The position numbers and the translations under genes are program-made. A stretch of DNA of 42,061 bases from Candidatus Thalassarchaeaceae archaeon (GTDB taxonomy: Archaea > Thermoplasmatota > Poseidoniia > Poseidoniales > Thalassarchaeaceae). Location of the stretch: positions 1 through 42,061 of the forward strand of contig JASLKH010000077.1 of NCBI GenBank assembly GCA_030747675.1, in the 5' to 3' direction. Below, piece by piece: positions 9,582-18,511 of the stretch (position 1 is its first letter; every line of letters begins with the position of its first letter). Below the pieces are notes generated by a model that searched no databases, had not been told where the DNA came from, and was given only the letters and a program-made list of their open reading frames with translations.

Positions 9582-10147
9582 CCAACAGGTTCTCCGCCTG
9601 TACCCATATGGAACAAACGACGCTGCCAACCATTTTCGATGATTAGACGAGCAACTGGTTCTGGCATGTTCACTCCAAGAGCCGCAATAGCTGCTTCTTC
9701 TTCTACAACTGTAGATAGCATTTGCATGGTTGTCCTAATGCGCCATCCCTGCCAATCTTCCCTATTTACTAAATTACTCTCGATTACAAACCAGCCTGCT
9801 TCTCTATAGAGTGAAGATGTGGCCTCGTCGGTAGTCAATATTACACCCGCAGGGCCATGGAATTTCTCAGCATGACGAACATAATTAGGAGGATCTCCCA
9901 AATCGGGGACGTGGACTATTTCTGCATTTATTCCATCTAACCAAGTCGTAATCATTTGCTCTCGTTCTTCTGCACTCCAAGGGTTTTCCAAGGATTCCTC
10001 GGCTTGTGATGAACCAATGCAGATGCGCAAAGGCAGTTCAGTATCACCAACTCCCAAATAAGAAATTGCGGCATTGACCATTGCTGCGTGTCCATTATGA
10101 AATGGCTGAAAGCGACCCAATACAATCATTGCTTCTTCCAAATTCAA
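9578..10147 (-). CDS. nadM: Nicotinamide-nucleotide adenylyltransferase (archaeal NadM type)
   Basis: GRFQPFHNGH (HxGH motif), IGSSQAEESLENPWSAEEREQMI. Confidence 0.88.
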   Translation of the reverse strand: MNLEEAMIVLGRFQPFHNGHAAMVNAAISYLGVGDTELPLRICIGSSQAEESLENPWSAEEREQMITTWLDGINAEIVHVPDLGDPPNYVRHAEKFHGPAGVILTTDEATSSLYREAGWFVIESNLVNREDWQGWRIRTTMQMLSTVVEEEAAIAALGVNMPEPVARLIIENGWQRRLFHMGTGGEPVG

Positions 10148-10959
10148 GCCTCCGGTAGCCCATTTTCAAGTATATATCCAAGATTCCATTTCCCTTGACC
10201 CCAACTTGTTGCTTCGGTCCAATCTCGCCCCACCATGAGATGTAATTCAGGTAAATTAGCACTTTGTAAAGTGCGATGTAGACGGTCTGATGACGTCTGG
10301 TGAGCTTCCATTGTTGGTAAAATCCTAGGGTCTTGTTTCGGATCCATAGTTTCACCCAAGTCCTCTCTTGTTCTAATCCATTGCATCACAACTGATTCGG
10401 TATATGTTTCAATATCAACACATTCTACCAAATTTGATGCTTCCAGCCATGTTTTATCCGAATATAAATCATCAATGTCTTCGATTTTTCGATTTAATAA
10501 AACATCGAGATAGAGCATCATTCGACCCTCCCAGCAACGAAATGATCCAGGACTTGCAAATTCAGACAATAACCTCAACCCTTCAGACGCATCTGCGAGA
10601 GTAATATTTGATTTGCAAAGGTCATTCAAAAACCCTGAATTAGTCCAAACAATCGATTGTTTTTCAAACCAATCGAGAAAATCGCCTTCGGCGTCGATAT
10701 CAAATACACGCTCTAAAGTTTGTATTTCTTCAGGCCTCTTGACTCTCAATTCACCATTGGAAAGTGCCTCAGTTAATCGATTAGAAGGTATCGAACATAG
10801 ACCACGAAAAATAGCCGTGTCGATGAGTCGAGCCACTAAATCAACAGAAGCCACGATACGTTGTAGTGACGACCATCCATCAATGCTCGCACCATCCAAT
10901 ATCAACTTAGGAGGCGTTGTAAAGCTGTGTAGCAAGCCGTCAATAGTCCGTATTAGCAC
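10144..10959 (-). CDS. Hypothetical protein, translationally coupled to nadM
   Basis: 271-aa ORF filling the gap; its TGA overlaps the nadM ATG (ATGA). No family recognised. Confidence 0.7.
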   Translation of the reverse strand: MLIRTIDGLLHSFTTPPKLILDGASIDGWSSLQRIVASVDLVARLIDTAIFRGLCSIPSNRLTEALSNGELRVKRPEEIQTLERVFDIDAEGDFLDWFEKQSIVWTNSGFLNDLCKSNITLADASEGLRLLSEFASPGSFRCWEGRMMLYLDVLLNRKIEDIDDLYSDKTWLEASNLVECVDIETYTESVVMQWIRTREDLGETMDPKQDPRILPTMEAHQTSSDRLHRTLQSANLPELHLMVGRDWTEATSWGQGKWNLGYILENGLPEA

Positions 10960-11006
10960 ATCGAATTGAAGAACCTAAGTCTGGCCCATAGGGCCGGGCG
11001 AGCCGT

Positions 11007-11015
11007 GAGGAGGTG
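11007..11015 (+). promoter_or_regulatory. Shine-Dalgarno site GAGGAGGTG
   Basis: Ends 5 nt upstream of the ATG at 11021. Confidence 0.7.
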
Positions 11016-11020
11016 GAATT

Positions 11021-12136
11021 ATGGCGACAATCAAAGAGCAAATTGCTGAAATTCAAGCGGAAATCGATAAGACTCAAAAAAATAAAGCCACGATGCACCA
11101 TATTGGTAAATTGAAGGCCAAGATTGCGGCTCTAAAAAGAAAAATTGAGGCGAGTCAGGCGCATGCAAGAAGTAGCGGGCCCGCATCTGGTTTCGAAGTG
11201 AAGAAATCTGGTGATGCAAGTGTTGCGCTTGTCGGTTTTCCATCTGTAGGTAAATCCACTTTAATTGCGCGATTGACGGGGCAAGATTCTGAAACCGGTG
11301 CTTATGCATTCACAACACTAACCTGTATCCCAGGGTTAATGGAACACCGGGGGGCGAAAATCCAGATTCTAGATTTGCCAGGGCTCATACCTGGAGCTGC
11401 TGAAGGAAAAGGTAGAGGCAAGGAGATTCTAGGAGTCATAAGATCTTGCGACATGGTTCTGTATGTTGTTGATCCATTCCAAGAATCTCATTTCAATGTC
11501 CTCCATCGTGAACTAGAAATTAGTGGGATGAGATTGAACGAGGAAAAACCACCCGTGTTTGTCAAAAGAACCGACAGAGGAGGAATTATCGTTCGCAGTA
11601 CTTGTGAACAAACTCACCTCAATGAAGAAGAAGTTCAAGATATTGTTCGCTCATATGGAATTGTGAGTGGGCACGTAACTATGCGAATTGATACGACCGC
11701 TGATCACATTGTTGATGCGATGGCGGCGAACCGTATTTATTCGAAAGCAGTTGTAGTTGTGAACAAGATGGATATTGCAAGTAAGGAAGACCTTACTAGA
11801 ACGACTGATATGCTTCCGGAAGGTTGGCCAGTGATGCCAATCTCCGCTTACACGGGCATGGGAGTGGAGAAAATGAAGGATTTCATTTATGACAATTTAG
11901 GATTCATGTCAATATATCTGAAACCCCAAGGTCAAGAAGCGGATTTGGTTGAGCCTTTGATTGTAAAAGATACTTCAACCGTCGAAGACGTGTGCAATAC
12001 TCTCCACAGGGATTTTGTTCGGAATTTTAGATATGCTAGAGTGCTTGGACCCTCCGCTAAATTCGACTGGCAGCGAATAGGATTGGGTCATCGATTGAAA
12101 GATGGGGATTTGATTTCAATCATCATCAAACGCTGA
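11021..12136 (+). CDS. DRG/RBG-family (OBG superfamily) GTP-binding protein with TGS domain
   Basis: KNKATMHHIGKLKAKIA, GFPSVGKST (G1), YAFTTL (G2), DLPGL (G3), NKMD (G4); C-terminal TGS-like LHRDF...GPSAKFDWQRIGLGHRLKDGD. Confidence 0.95.
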   Translation: MATIKEQIAEIQAEIDKTQKNKATMHHIGKLKAKIAALKRKIEASQAHARSSGPASGFEVKKSGDASVALVGFPSVGKSTLIARLTGQDSETGAYAFTTLTCIPGLMEHRGAKIQILDLPGLIPGAAEGKGRGKEILGVIRSCDMVLYVVDPFQESHFNVLHRELEISGMRLNEEKPPVFVKRTDRGGIIVRSTCEQTHLNEEEVQDIVRSYGIVSGHVTMRIDTTADHIVDAMAANRIYSKAVVVVNKMDIASKEDLTRTTDMLPEGWPVMPISAYTGMGVEKMKDFIYDNLGFMSIYLKPQGQEADLVEPLIVKDTSTVEDVCNTLHRDFVRNFRYARVLGPSAKFDWQRIGLGHRLKDGDLISIIIKR

Positions 12137-12160
12137 TGTTACTTAACATCTCTAAAGGAG

Positions 12161-13432
12161 ATGTTGATAGGTACGAGTGCTATCCCAGTGCCCCGGGTGT
12201 GCAACATGGAGCGATATTATCCACGTGCTGGTTTGGCATGCGCCCTCTTTGCATTGGCCTTATGGTGTGTGTTCCTCTTCAATGGAGTATTGGGATTTTT
12301 CCCATCGATAATATTTGCAGATGGAGGTATTGGTTCAAAATTTCATTTTTGGTTTTTCATTGAAGATCGGTTGCTAGGAGGGTCTGCAAACTCAGTTTGG
12401 TCGGAAGCGGGTGTTATGACTGGGCAGGAGTGGTTTATGCTCAGCCTAGCAATACCATTGAGTGGGGGGGCATTATTCTGTCTTCGGCACCGACCTGAGT
12501 TTGGGAATATCGATTCTGGTGACCTAATGAATGAACGTGAGCAATTGGAAATGTCGACCTCGTCATCAAACACTTCAGGCACTGGAAATGCAAACACTGC
12601 AGCTATTATCGATTCCGTGATTTCAAAAGAAGGCGCGGTTGATGAAAGCACTGTTGCCGCAGCACTTGGTGAGATGGGAGAAATGGCCGCTGCTTATGCT
12701 GCAGAGATGAAAGTGGATGAACTCGATGAATCGGAGGATCCTATCTTAGATAGTCGATTTACCACAGTTGTTGATGATGGAAATTCAATGGAAATTGCAT
12801 CTGCGGCTGCCAGCGAAAAAACACCAATAATTCCAATTGTTGAAAATAACGTTCAATCAAAAATCATCTCTGAAGAAGAAATTGCAGATGATCCATTCGA
12901 TGATTGGCCAGTAATTGAAACCGTTATCACAAGTAAGTCCAAAGATAAAGACGAGGGTGAGAAGGAGGTAGAAGATGCTGCGAAGAAAAGTGTATTACCT
13001 TCTTTATCTGAAATCACTGATAAAATCTCAGCAGGGTCAGTGAAAGCAGTAGAGGTGTCAACATCTGCTGTGCATAGTATGGCATCAATGGCAGCGAAGG
13101 TCAAAAACAAGATTGTCGGGTCATCGAGAAAGCCAAAGTCAACTGTGATGCCTGTACGACCTGAGAACCTTCCTCCAATGGCTGAATGGGATGAAAATGA
13201 GGGAGAATGGGTCCTTTTTGGGCGCCCAATTAGAATTGCTCCTAAAATCGAACCTGTGCAATCAAAGCCAGATTGGGTCACTGAATCTGAAGATTTTGAA
13301 TCAGATATTATTCAAGAACAGTTGCCATTACTTCAGGCTAAACCAATATCTAATCAAACAAATAAGGGAACACCTGCGCCCGAAGAAAATTTGCAAAAGA
13401 GGAACGTTCCCAAAATTCCAAAATTGTTCTGA
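12161..13432 (+). CDS. Hypothetical membrane-anchored protein with a long acidic, low-complexity tail
   Basis: Two or three N-terminal hydrophobic segments, then ~300 aa rich in D/E/S/A/P. Start uncertain (12161 or 12206). Confidence 0.7.
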   Translation: MLIGTSAIPVPRVCNMERYYPRAGLACALFALALWCVFLFNGVLGFFPSIIFADGGIGSKFHFWFFIEDRLLGGSANSVWSEAGVMTGQEWFMLSLAIPLSGGALFCLRHRPEFGNIDSGDLMNEREQLEMSTSSSNTSGTGNANTAAIIDSVISKEGAVDESTVAAALGEMGEMAAAYAAEMKVDELDESEDPILDSRFTTVVDDGNSMEIASAAASEKTPIIPIVENNVQSKIISEEEIADDPFDDWPVIETVITSKSKDKDEGEKEVEDAAKKSVLPSLSEITDKISAGSVKAVEVSTSAVHSMASMAAKVKNKIVGSSRKPKSTVMPVRPENLPPMAEWDENEGEWVLFGRPIRIAPKIEPVQSKPDWVTESEDFESDIIQEQLPLLQAKPISNQTNKGTPAPEENLQKRNVPKIPKLF

Positions 13433-13451
13433 GACACGCTGAGGCGTTCCA

Positions 13452-14246
13452 ATGGTAGATTCAATTGATTTCGAAGACTTGCTTGATGCACCAAGAATGC
13501 GTGTTTTCCGAGTATTTGGAGCTCATTTACGGATGCGTGCAAGGTTGCTTGCATCTCTATTTGTGTTCGGTTTGATTGTGGGTTATCCTCTTGCTGGAGA
13601 ATTGATTGATTGGTTATTGGTTCAACCTAAACTAATTCCAGATGATGCATCAATAGTAACACTTCAACCACTTGAATTAGTACTATTGCGATTGCAACTT
13701 GCTGGGTACCTCTCAATTGGATTGGTAGTCGTCGCGTTAATTTTTGATGCTGCAAGATATGCAGGTAAAAATGAACATGTCTCTGAATTTCTATCTGAAG
13801 CCGAATTGCCAGAAATTCCCTCAGGGGCATTTTTCCGTGGTTTTATTGCAGTAATTAGTGCGATCACTTTGGCCATATTTGGATTAATTTATGCCTGGGA
13901 AATTCTAATTCCATTTTTACTTGAGTACTTGCAAGAAGATGCTTCTTCAGCCGGATTAGAAACTACTTGGCACCTCCAAGCCTGGATTGGATTTATCGCA
14001 TCACTAGCACTTGGTAGTGCTTTAGCATTCCAAGTTCCATTAGCCGTCCTCGTTGTCCTTAGAGGGGGTTTAGTTGAGCGTCAACTGATGACAAAATACA
14101 GGAGGCATCTATGGTTTGCAAGTATAGTCATTGGAGCGATGTTGTCTCCCCCTGATCCTCTCTCATTAGCACTCATTGCAGCACCTATGATTGTGCTATT
14201 TGAAATCGCACTAATCATTGATTCGATTATTCCTCAGAAAGAGTAA
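13452..14246 (+). CDS. tatC: Twin-arginine translocase subunit TatC (divergent)
   Basis: LQPLELVLLRLQ, ILIPFLLEYL, GSALAFQVPL, YRRHLWFASIVIGAMLSPPDPLSL, PMIVLFEI; six TM segments. Confidence 0.85.
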   Translation: MVDSIDFEDLLDAPRMRVFRVFGAHLRMRARLLASLFVFGLIVGYPLAGELIDWLLVQPKLIPDDASIVTLQPLELVLLRLQLAGYLSIGLVVVALIFDAARYAGKNEHVSEFLSEAELPEIPSGAFFRGFIAVISAITLAIFGLIYAWEILIPFLLEYLQEDASSAGLETTWHLQAWIGFIASLALGSALAFQVPLAVLVVLRGGLVERQLMTKYRRHLWFASIVIGAMLSPPDPLSLALIAAPMIVLFEIALIIDSIIPQKE

Positions 14247-15978
14247 TTCCTCGGTTCCTTTCATCTTCTGCAGTTGCTACAGCGATCCCATCTTCAACAT
14301 CAACCCAGCGCATCATCACAGTTCCTGCAATGATAAACATCGCCAAACTTGCGATGGCAACTCTACTATCGAATGTGACGGAAAGGATTGTGTAAACTGC
14401 TGGCCCAAAAAATGCCGAGACTTTGCCAAAGAATCCAAAGAATCCAAAGAATTCAGTGCTCCTTGTTTCAGGAACCATCTGTCCAAATAGGCTTCTTGCT
14501 AGACCCTGGCTACCACCCATCAAAACGCCTGCAAGGCAACCTAGAATCAGCCATTGCCAAAACACAGTCATACCCAACGGGGACCAGACATGCTCTCTAA
14601 CAGTAACAGGGATGAAATCCAATTTCCCATCTCCAAGGTTGGTCGGATGATCGATGCCAACCATCGTTGAATTACTGAGGGTTCCACCAATCACCGAGAC
14701 GCTATATCGTGTATCTTCATTGGCTGTAAGGAATGCAGTCATGTTTTCCAAATCAGCGGACCCATTAGTATCCTCTTCAAAGTGGTTGTTCTTACAATCA
14801 TCACAAAATGGGAGTATGTGCTCCCAATCATCCTTGAAGTCTTGATCTTCATCCCCCATGCCAACCAATTCTAGATTCCGAACCGTGATGACATACGATT
14901 CATCGTCCCATTCAGCTTGGTAATCATATTCTTCGTGCTCTTCAAGTGAAAGCGGGGCGAAAGACATGGCTCCAACAATCATCACGCACCACATAACCAA
15001 AGAGAATGTGAGGGCCTTCTTTGTAGACCAACGTTCTGCAAGCCAAGTGAAGAAAAATGCAGCAGGGAAGGCTACGAACTGAATCACTACGATTGTCATT
15101 ATCAAATCCGTCATCGTTAGTCCCAATACTGCGATACCAAAGGCTCCTGCAAGCGCTGTGACACTGTTGATCCCATCTATGAATAGGAAATATGCAAGCA
15201 TATAGATGAATAATGTACGGAAATTTTTCCATTCTTTCAACGTATTCCAAACCTCACTAACCCCCAATTTTGTGGCATCCTTCAAGGTCAAATCTTCAAC
15301 CTCATTCTCAATCTCTGGTTCAGCAACATAGGCAAAGGTGTACCAAGAGAATCCAAACCACCATACTCCTGAACTGGCAATACAGAATGGAACTACCCAG
15401 TCTCCTGTAACACCTAAAATAAGTCCCAGGTGGAATACCAAAAGCAAACCCCCACCCAAATAGCCATAGGCATAGGCCTTATTGGAAATTGAATCCATTT
15501 CATAATGTTCGCCTTGGTAAGGAAGTAATGCATTGTAGAATACGCCTGCTGCATTCAACCCAATATTCGCCATTAAGAACATGATAAAAATCCACATCCA
15601 ACTGTAAGTTGTGCCAAATAATGGTGCGAAGGACAGTAAAAATACTGAACCTGCACCAAGCCAAGTCATCCATTTTAAAGCCTTCATTTTGATTTTCTTT
15701 CGGTCAGCGATCACACCAATCGATGGGCTAACTATAGCAACCGCCATCGTACCGAGTGCAACTGCAAGAGACCAAGCAGCATCGCTAGTCATCTCAACTC
15801 CAATGACTGTTCCCGTGAGTCCATTGGCTTCCAAGAAAAGATATGCAAACCAAGCGGGAAGTATTGCAACGGTCACACTGGTCTCAAAAGCTGATTTACC
15901 CCAATCATACATACAATACCCATGAATCGATTTTTTCTTGTTCATAGCAACATCGTGTGCCGAAAGATTTTCTTCCAT
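14227..15978 (-). CDS. MFS transporter, UMF1/Atg22-like family, with an inserted soluble domain
   Basis: YCMYDWGKSAF, VFYNALLP, AYAYGYLGGG, YFLFIDGINSV, GGSQGLARSLFGQMVPETRSTEFFGFF and KVSAFFGP. A ~130-aa acidic insertion lies in the C-terminal half. Confidence 0.88.
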   Translation of the reverse strand: MEENLSAHDVAMNKKKSIHGYCMYDWGKSAFETSVTVAILPAWFAYLFLEANGLTGTVIGVEMTSDAAWSLAVALGTMAVAIVSPSIGVIADRKKIKMKALKWMTWLGAGSVFLLSFAPLFGTTYSWMWIFIMFLMANIGLNAAGVFYNALLPYQGEHYEMDSISNKAYAYGYLGGGLLLVFHLGLILGVTGDWVVPFCIASSGVWWFGFSWYTFAYVAEPEIENEVEDLTLKDATKLGVSEVWNTLKEWKNFRTLFIYMLAYFLFIDGINSVTALAGAFGIAVLGLTMTDLIMTIVVIQFVAFPAAFFFTWLAERWSTKKALTFSLVMWCVMIVGAMSFAPLSLEEHEEYDYQAEWDDESYVITVRNLELVGMGDEDQDFKDDWEHILPFCDDCKNNHFEEDTNGSADLENMTAFLTANEDTRYSVSVIGGTLSNSTMVGIDHPTNLGDGKLDFIPVTVREHVWSPLGMTVFWQWLILGCLAGVLMGGSQGLARSLFGQMVPETRSTEFFGFFGFFGKVSAFFGPAVYTILSVTFDSRVAIASLAMFIIAGTVMMRWVDVEDGIAVATAEDERNRGITLSEE

Positions 15979-16000
15979 TACTGTGGGCTAAAACTGGCAC

Positions 16001-17206
16001 ATGATTAGTCTTGGTGAAGGTGACGATTCAAAAACCGTATACTCCACCCATAGCATAATGGCGGAAGAATGGTCGAAGCCACCGGAGAATTCTCTGGCGG
16101 GGTTACGACACGCAATGAACCATATGGATGGAGTAGAATTTGATCTTAGATTGACCAAAGATGACGAATTAATTATTTTCCATGACAATCATATTTCAAA
16201 ATCTCAACGTGAAGATATAGGAGGGAGAAAATGGGTAGAAGACCATGAAGCTGAGAGTTTACAGGCTCTAGGAGCACCACTCTTTTCAGAACTAATCGCT
16301 GATAATGAATTCAAAACAGCATGGTTGGAGAAGGGGAAAATTGCTTGCATTGAACTCAAAATGCCTCACCCTAATGCGAAGCATGCAGGTTCTGTCAACC
16401 CACGCAAAAGAGAGAGGCATGCTCGAAAAATGGCGAAAATGGTTGACTCTATGGTTGGTGAATTAAATCCCCCTCATAATTCAGTTGTATTGTATTCTTT
16501 CAAACGCCGATTCCGACACACTTGTGCACGCGCAGGAGTAAGGTGGCCTGTTGCTCAATTGCAACCAGCAATTCCAGAAATTGGTAATGATACAGTCAAA
16601 CGAATTCTTACATTACCTTCTTTCATGTGGCTATCATTACCATTCCACCTCAAACATCAACAGAACGTTGGAGCACCGATGCTTCCTTGCGCATTAGAAT
16701 ATCTGGAAGGTTTCACTAGACATCTGACATTAGGTCGTACTGTAGGATTGAAAGGGTACACTGCAAGAAGACTTACGAGATTACGGCAAGGCTACCAAGC
16801 CTATGTATGGCCTGCTCCTTTAGAAGTTGAGCAATCTCTTCGTGATTTGGGATTAACTGGGTTATCTGATTACACATCACCTGAACTCTATACTCTACCA
16901 ACAGGGGAGGCCCGGTGGACTCGATGGGCTAGCCAACCATTAGATGAGGAACAACAAAATCTGTTCAAAGTAGCAGAACCTGAGCACCATGAAGCACTAA
17001 TTTCTGAAGCTGCTAGAGAAGTTTCTCCTTGGCGTGAACTAAGTGATTTAGAAAGGAGGAGTTTTCTTGCTAATTGGAGGAAAAAATGGCAATGGGATCG
17101 AGAAATCGATGAATTAGTTGAAGATTCAGGCGCCAATCGGATGCCTTGGGAAATAAGTCGATTACTAGGTCACCGAGGATCTGGAAAGAATAGCGACTCA
17201 TTCTAA
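16001..17206 (+). CDS. Glycerophosphodiester phosphodiesterase-family protein, apparently circularly permuted
   Basis: PENSL, GVEFDLRLTKDDELIIFHD, CIELK, LYSF and VWP; the HRG motif occurs only at the C-terminus (LLGHRGSG). Alternative start at 16058. Confidence 0.82.
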   Translation: MISLGEGDDSKTVYSTHSIMAEEWSKPPENSLAGLRHAMNHMDGVEFDLRLTKDDELIIFHDNHISKSQREDIGGRKWVEDHEAESLQALGAPLFSELIADNEFKTAWLEKGKIACIELKMPHPNAKHAGSVNPRKRERHARKMAKMVDSMVGELNPPHNSVVLYSFKRRFRHTCARAGVRWPVAQLQPAIPEIGNDTVKRILTLPSFMWLSLPFHLKHQQNVGAPMLPCALEYLEGFTRHLTLGRTVGLKGYTARRLTRLRQGYQAYVWPAPLEVEQSLRDLGLTGLSDYTSPELYTLPTGEARWTRWASQPLDEEQQNLFKVAEPEHHEALISEAAREVSPWRELSDLERRSFLANWRKKWQWDREIDELVEDSGANRMPWEISRLLGHRGSGKNSDSF

Positions 17207-18373
17207 GCGGCGGACTGTAGGGTCTGCCGCGATGTATTTCGGCCGATAAATTGGTGTTCCGCGGCCACCCCGAGCATTTCTTTCGTCAAGAATTTGTGCT
17301 GAAATTCCTGCAACTCGAGCCCATCCAAAGAATGTAGTGTAATATTCGGGCTTATGGAATCCAACTGCATTTAGCAAAGTCCCGCTAGCAATGTCTACAT
17401 TCGCATTTGGATTCGAGATTTTCGGATTTTCACCAAGAACACGGGGGGCAACTTCACGTAGTGTTTTGATAACTTTGAAATTATTATCATCAGGACATAT
17501 TTCTTCACCCAATTTGAATTGAGCTGCAGCACGTGGATCCTCAGCTCGTAATACTGCATGGCCAAAACCATAGATTGGACGACGGGCTGCTAACTCCTGA
17601 CGGACGAATGCCTCGACCTCTTTCTCATTGTCTGTTCCAATTCTTTGAACGAATTCAAGGCATGATTGATTTGCCCGTCCATGGAGTGGCCCTGAGAGGG
17701 CGTTCATTGCACTTGCCATGGAAGCATATAGACTGGCCCAGCCACTAGCAACAGCCTTCCCTGTGAATGTAGAAAGGTTTCCCCCTCCATGGTCCATATG
17801 GAGTACTAAGAAAACTCGTAATGCACGAATCATTTGATCTGCTTCAACTTCAGCCCCTAACAAATGCACAAAATTTTCAACCATACCTCGCTCAGGTTCA
17901 CTAGCAACATCAGGGGCACCTCTACCACCACGTAGTCTGAAGATTGTAGCCATTAATTCAGGGGTTCGAGCAATCAGATTCAATCCATCTGCCCTAACAT
18001 CACCTGTTGTCTCAGCAACCCCCAGAGCTTGAATACCAATAGATAGCCAATCCATTGGATGACCTGAACCCGGAGTTAAAGACTCTAGCACACGAAGAGC
18101 ACCGGTAGGTAATCGCTCTGCACGCTGAGTTAATTCATGCCTGAAATCTTGGGATTCCTGGCGGTTTGGTAACCTCTTTTCATAAAGTAAAAAGATGATG
18201 TCTTCAGGATCCATGTCTGCCAAGTCTCCAACCGGGTATCCACAATAATGAACCCCTTTCTTTGGGTCAACGAAGGATGTGCGACAAGTACCAACAGGAA
18301 TTCCTCTCATGCCAGTATTGAGGTGATCTTCGGTAACTTCAAAGATTACGTCCTTGCCATTTTCGTCACTCAA
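17198..18373 (-). CDS. gltA: Citrate (or 2-methylcitrate) synthase
   Basis: HPMDWL, LHMDHGGGNLSTF, GPLHGRAN, YGFGHAVLRAEDPR and NANVD (catalytic His, His, Asp); FGWARVAG. TTG start. Confidence 0.93.
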   Translation of the reverse strand: MSDENGKDVIFEVTEDHLNTGMRGIPVGTCRTSFVDPKKGVHYCGYPVGDLADMDPEDIIFLLYEKRLPNRQESQDFRHELTQRAERLPTGALRVLESLTPGSGHPMDWLSIGIQALGVAETTGDVRADGLNLIARTPELMATIFRLRGGRGAPDVASEPERGMVENFVHLLGAEVEADQMIRALRVFLVLHMDHGGGNLSTFTGKAVASGWASLYASMASAMNALSGPLHGRANQSCLEFVQRIGTDNEKEVEAFVRQELAARRPIYGFGHAVLRAEDPRAAAQFKLGEEICPDDNNFKVIKTLREVAPRVLGENPKISNPNANVDIASGTLLNAVGFHKPEYYTTFFGWARVAGISAQILDERNARGGRGTPIYRPKYIAADPTVRRLE

Positions 18374-18511
18374 ACTGAAGCCTCAAATATTCCGAATATG
18401 AGGGTTGGTATAAGTGCAAGGGTTATCCGCATTGTAGAGACAAGGTCAAAAATACCTGATTTTATTCATTGCTCAGGAAAATGACTTGGTTAAAACCCCC
18501 CTCACAGGTCC

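Noticed and set aside
14218-14490. Cys-rich 90-aa ORF resembling a metal-binding peptide
   Set aside because: It is antisense to the well-supported MFS gene and has no RBS or family motif.
18236-18431. Near-DnaA boxes GTATCCACA (18236-18244) and TTATCCGCA (18423-18431) close to the DnaA-like gene, plus TTATCCACG at 12217-12225, suggesting an oriC
   Set aside because: All are single-mismatch 9-mers, several of which are expected by chance in 42 kb. Two lie in CDS, there is no cluster or unwinding element, and the protein lacks a recognisable domain IV.
18488-18495. GGTTAAAA as a recurring TATA-like promoter (also 40921-40928)
   Set aside because: Spacing to the start codons is inconsistent (16 versus 32 nt) and there are only two copies; it cannot be supported without TSS data.
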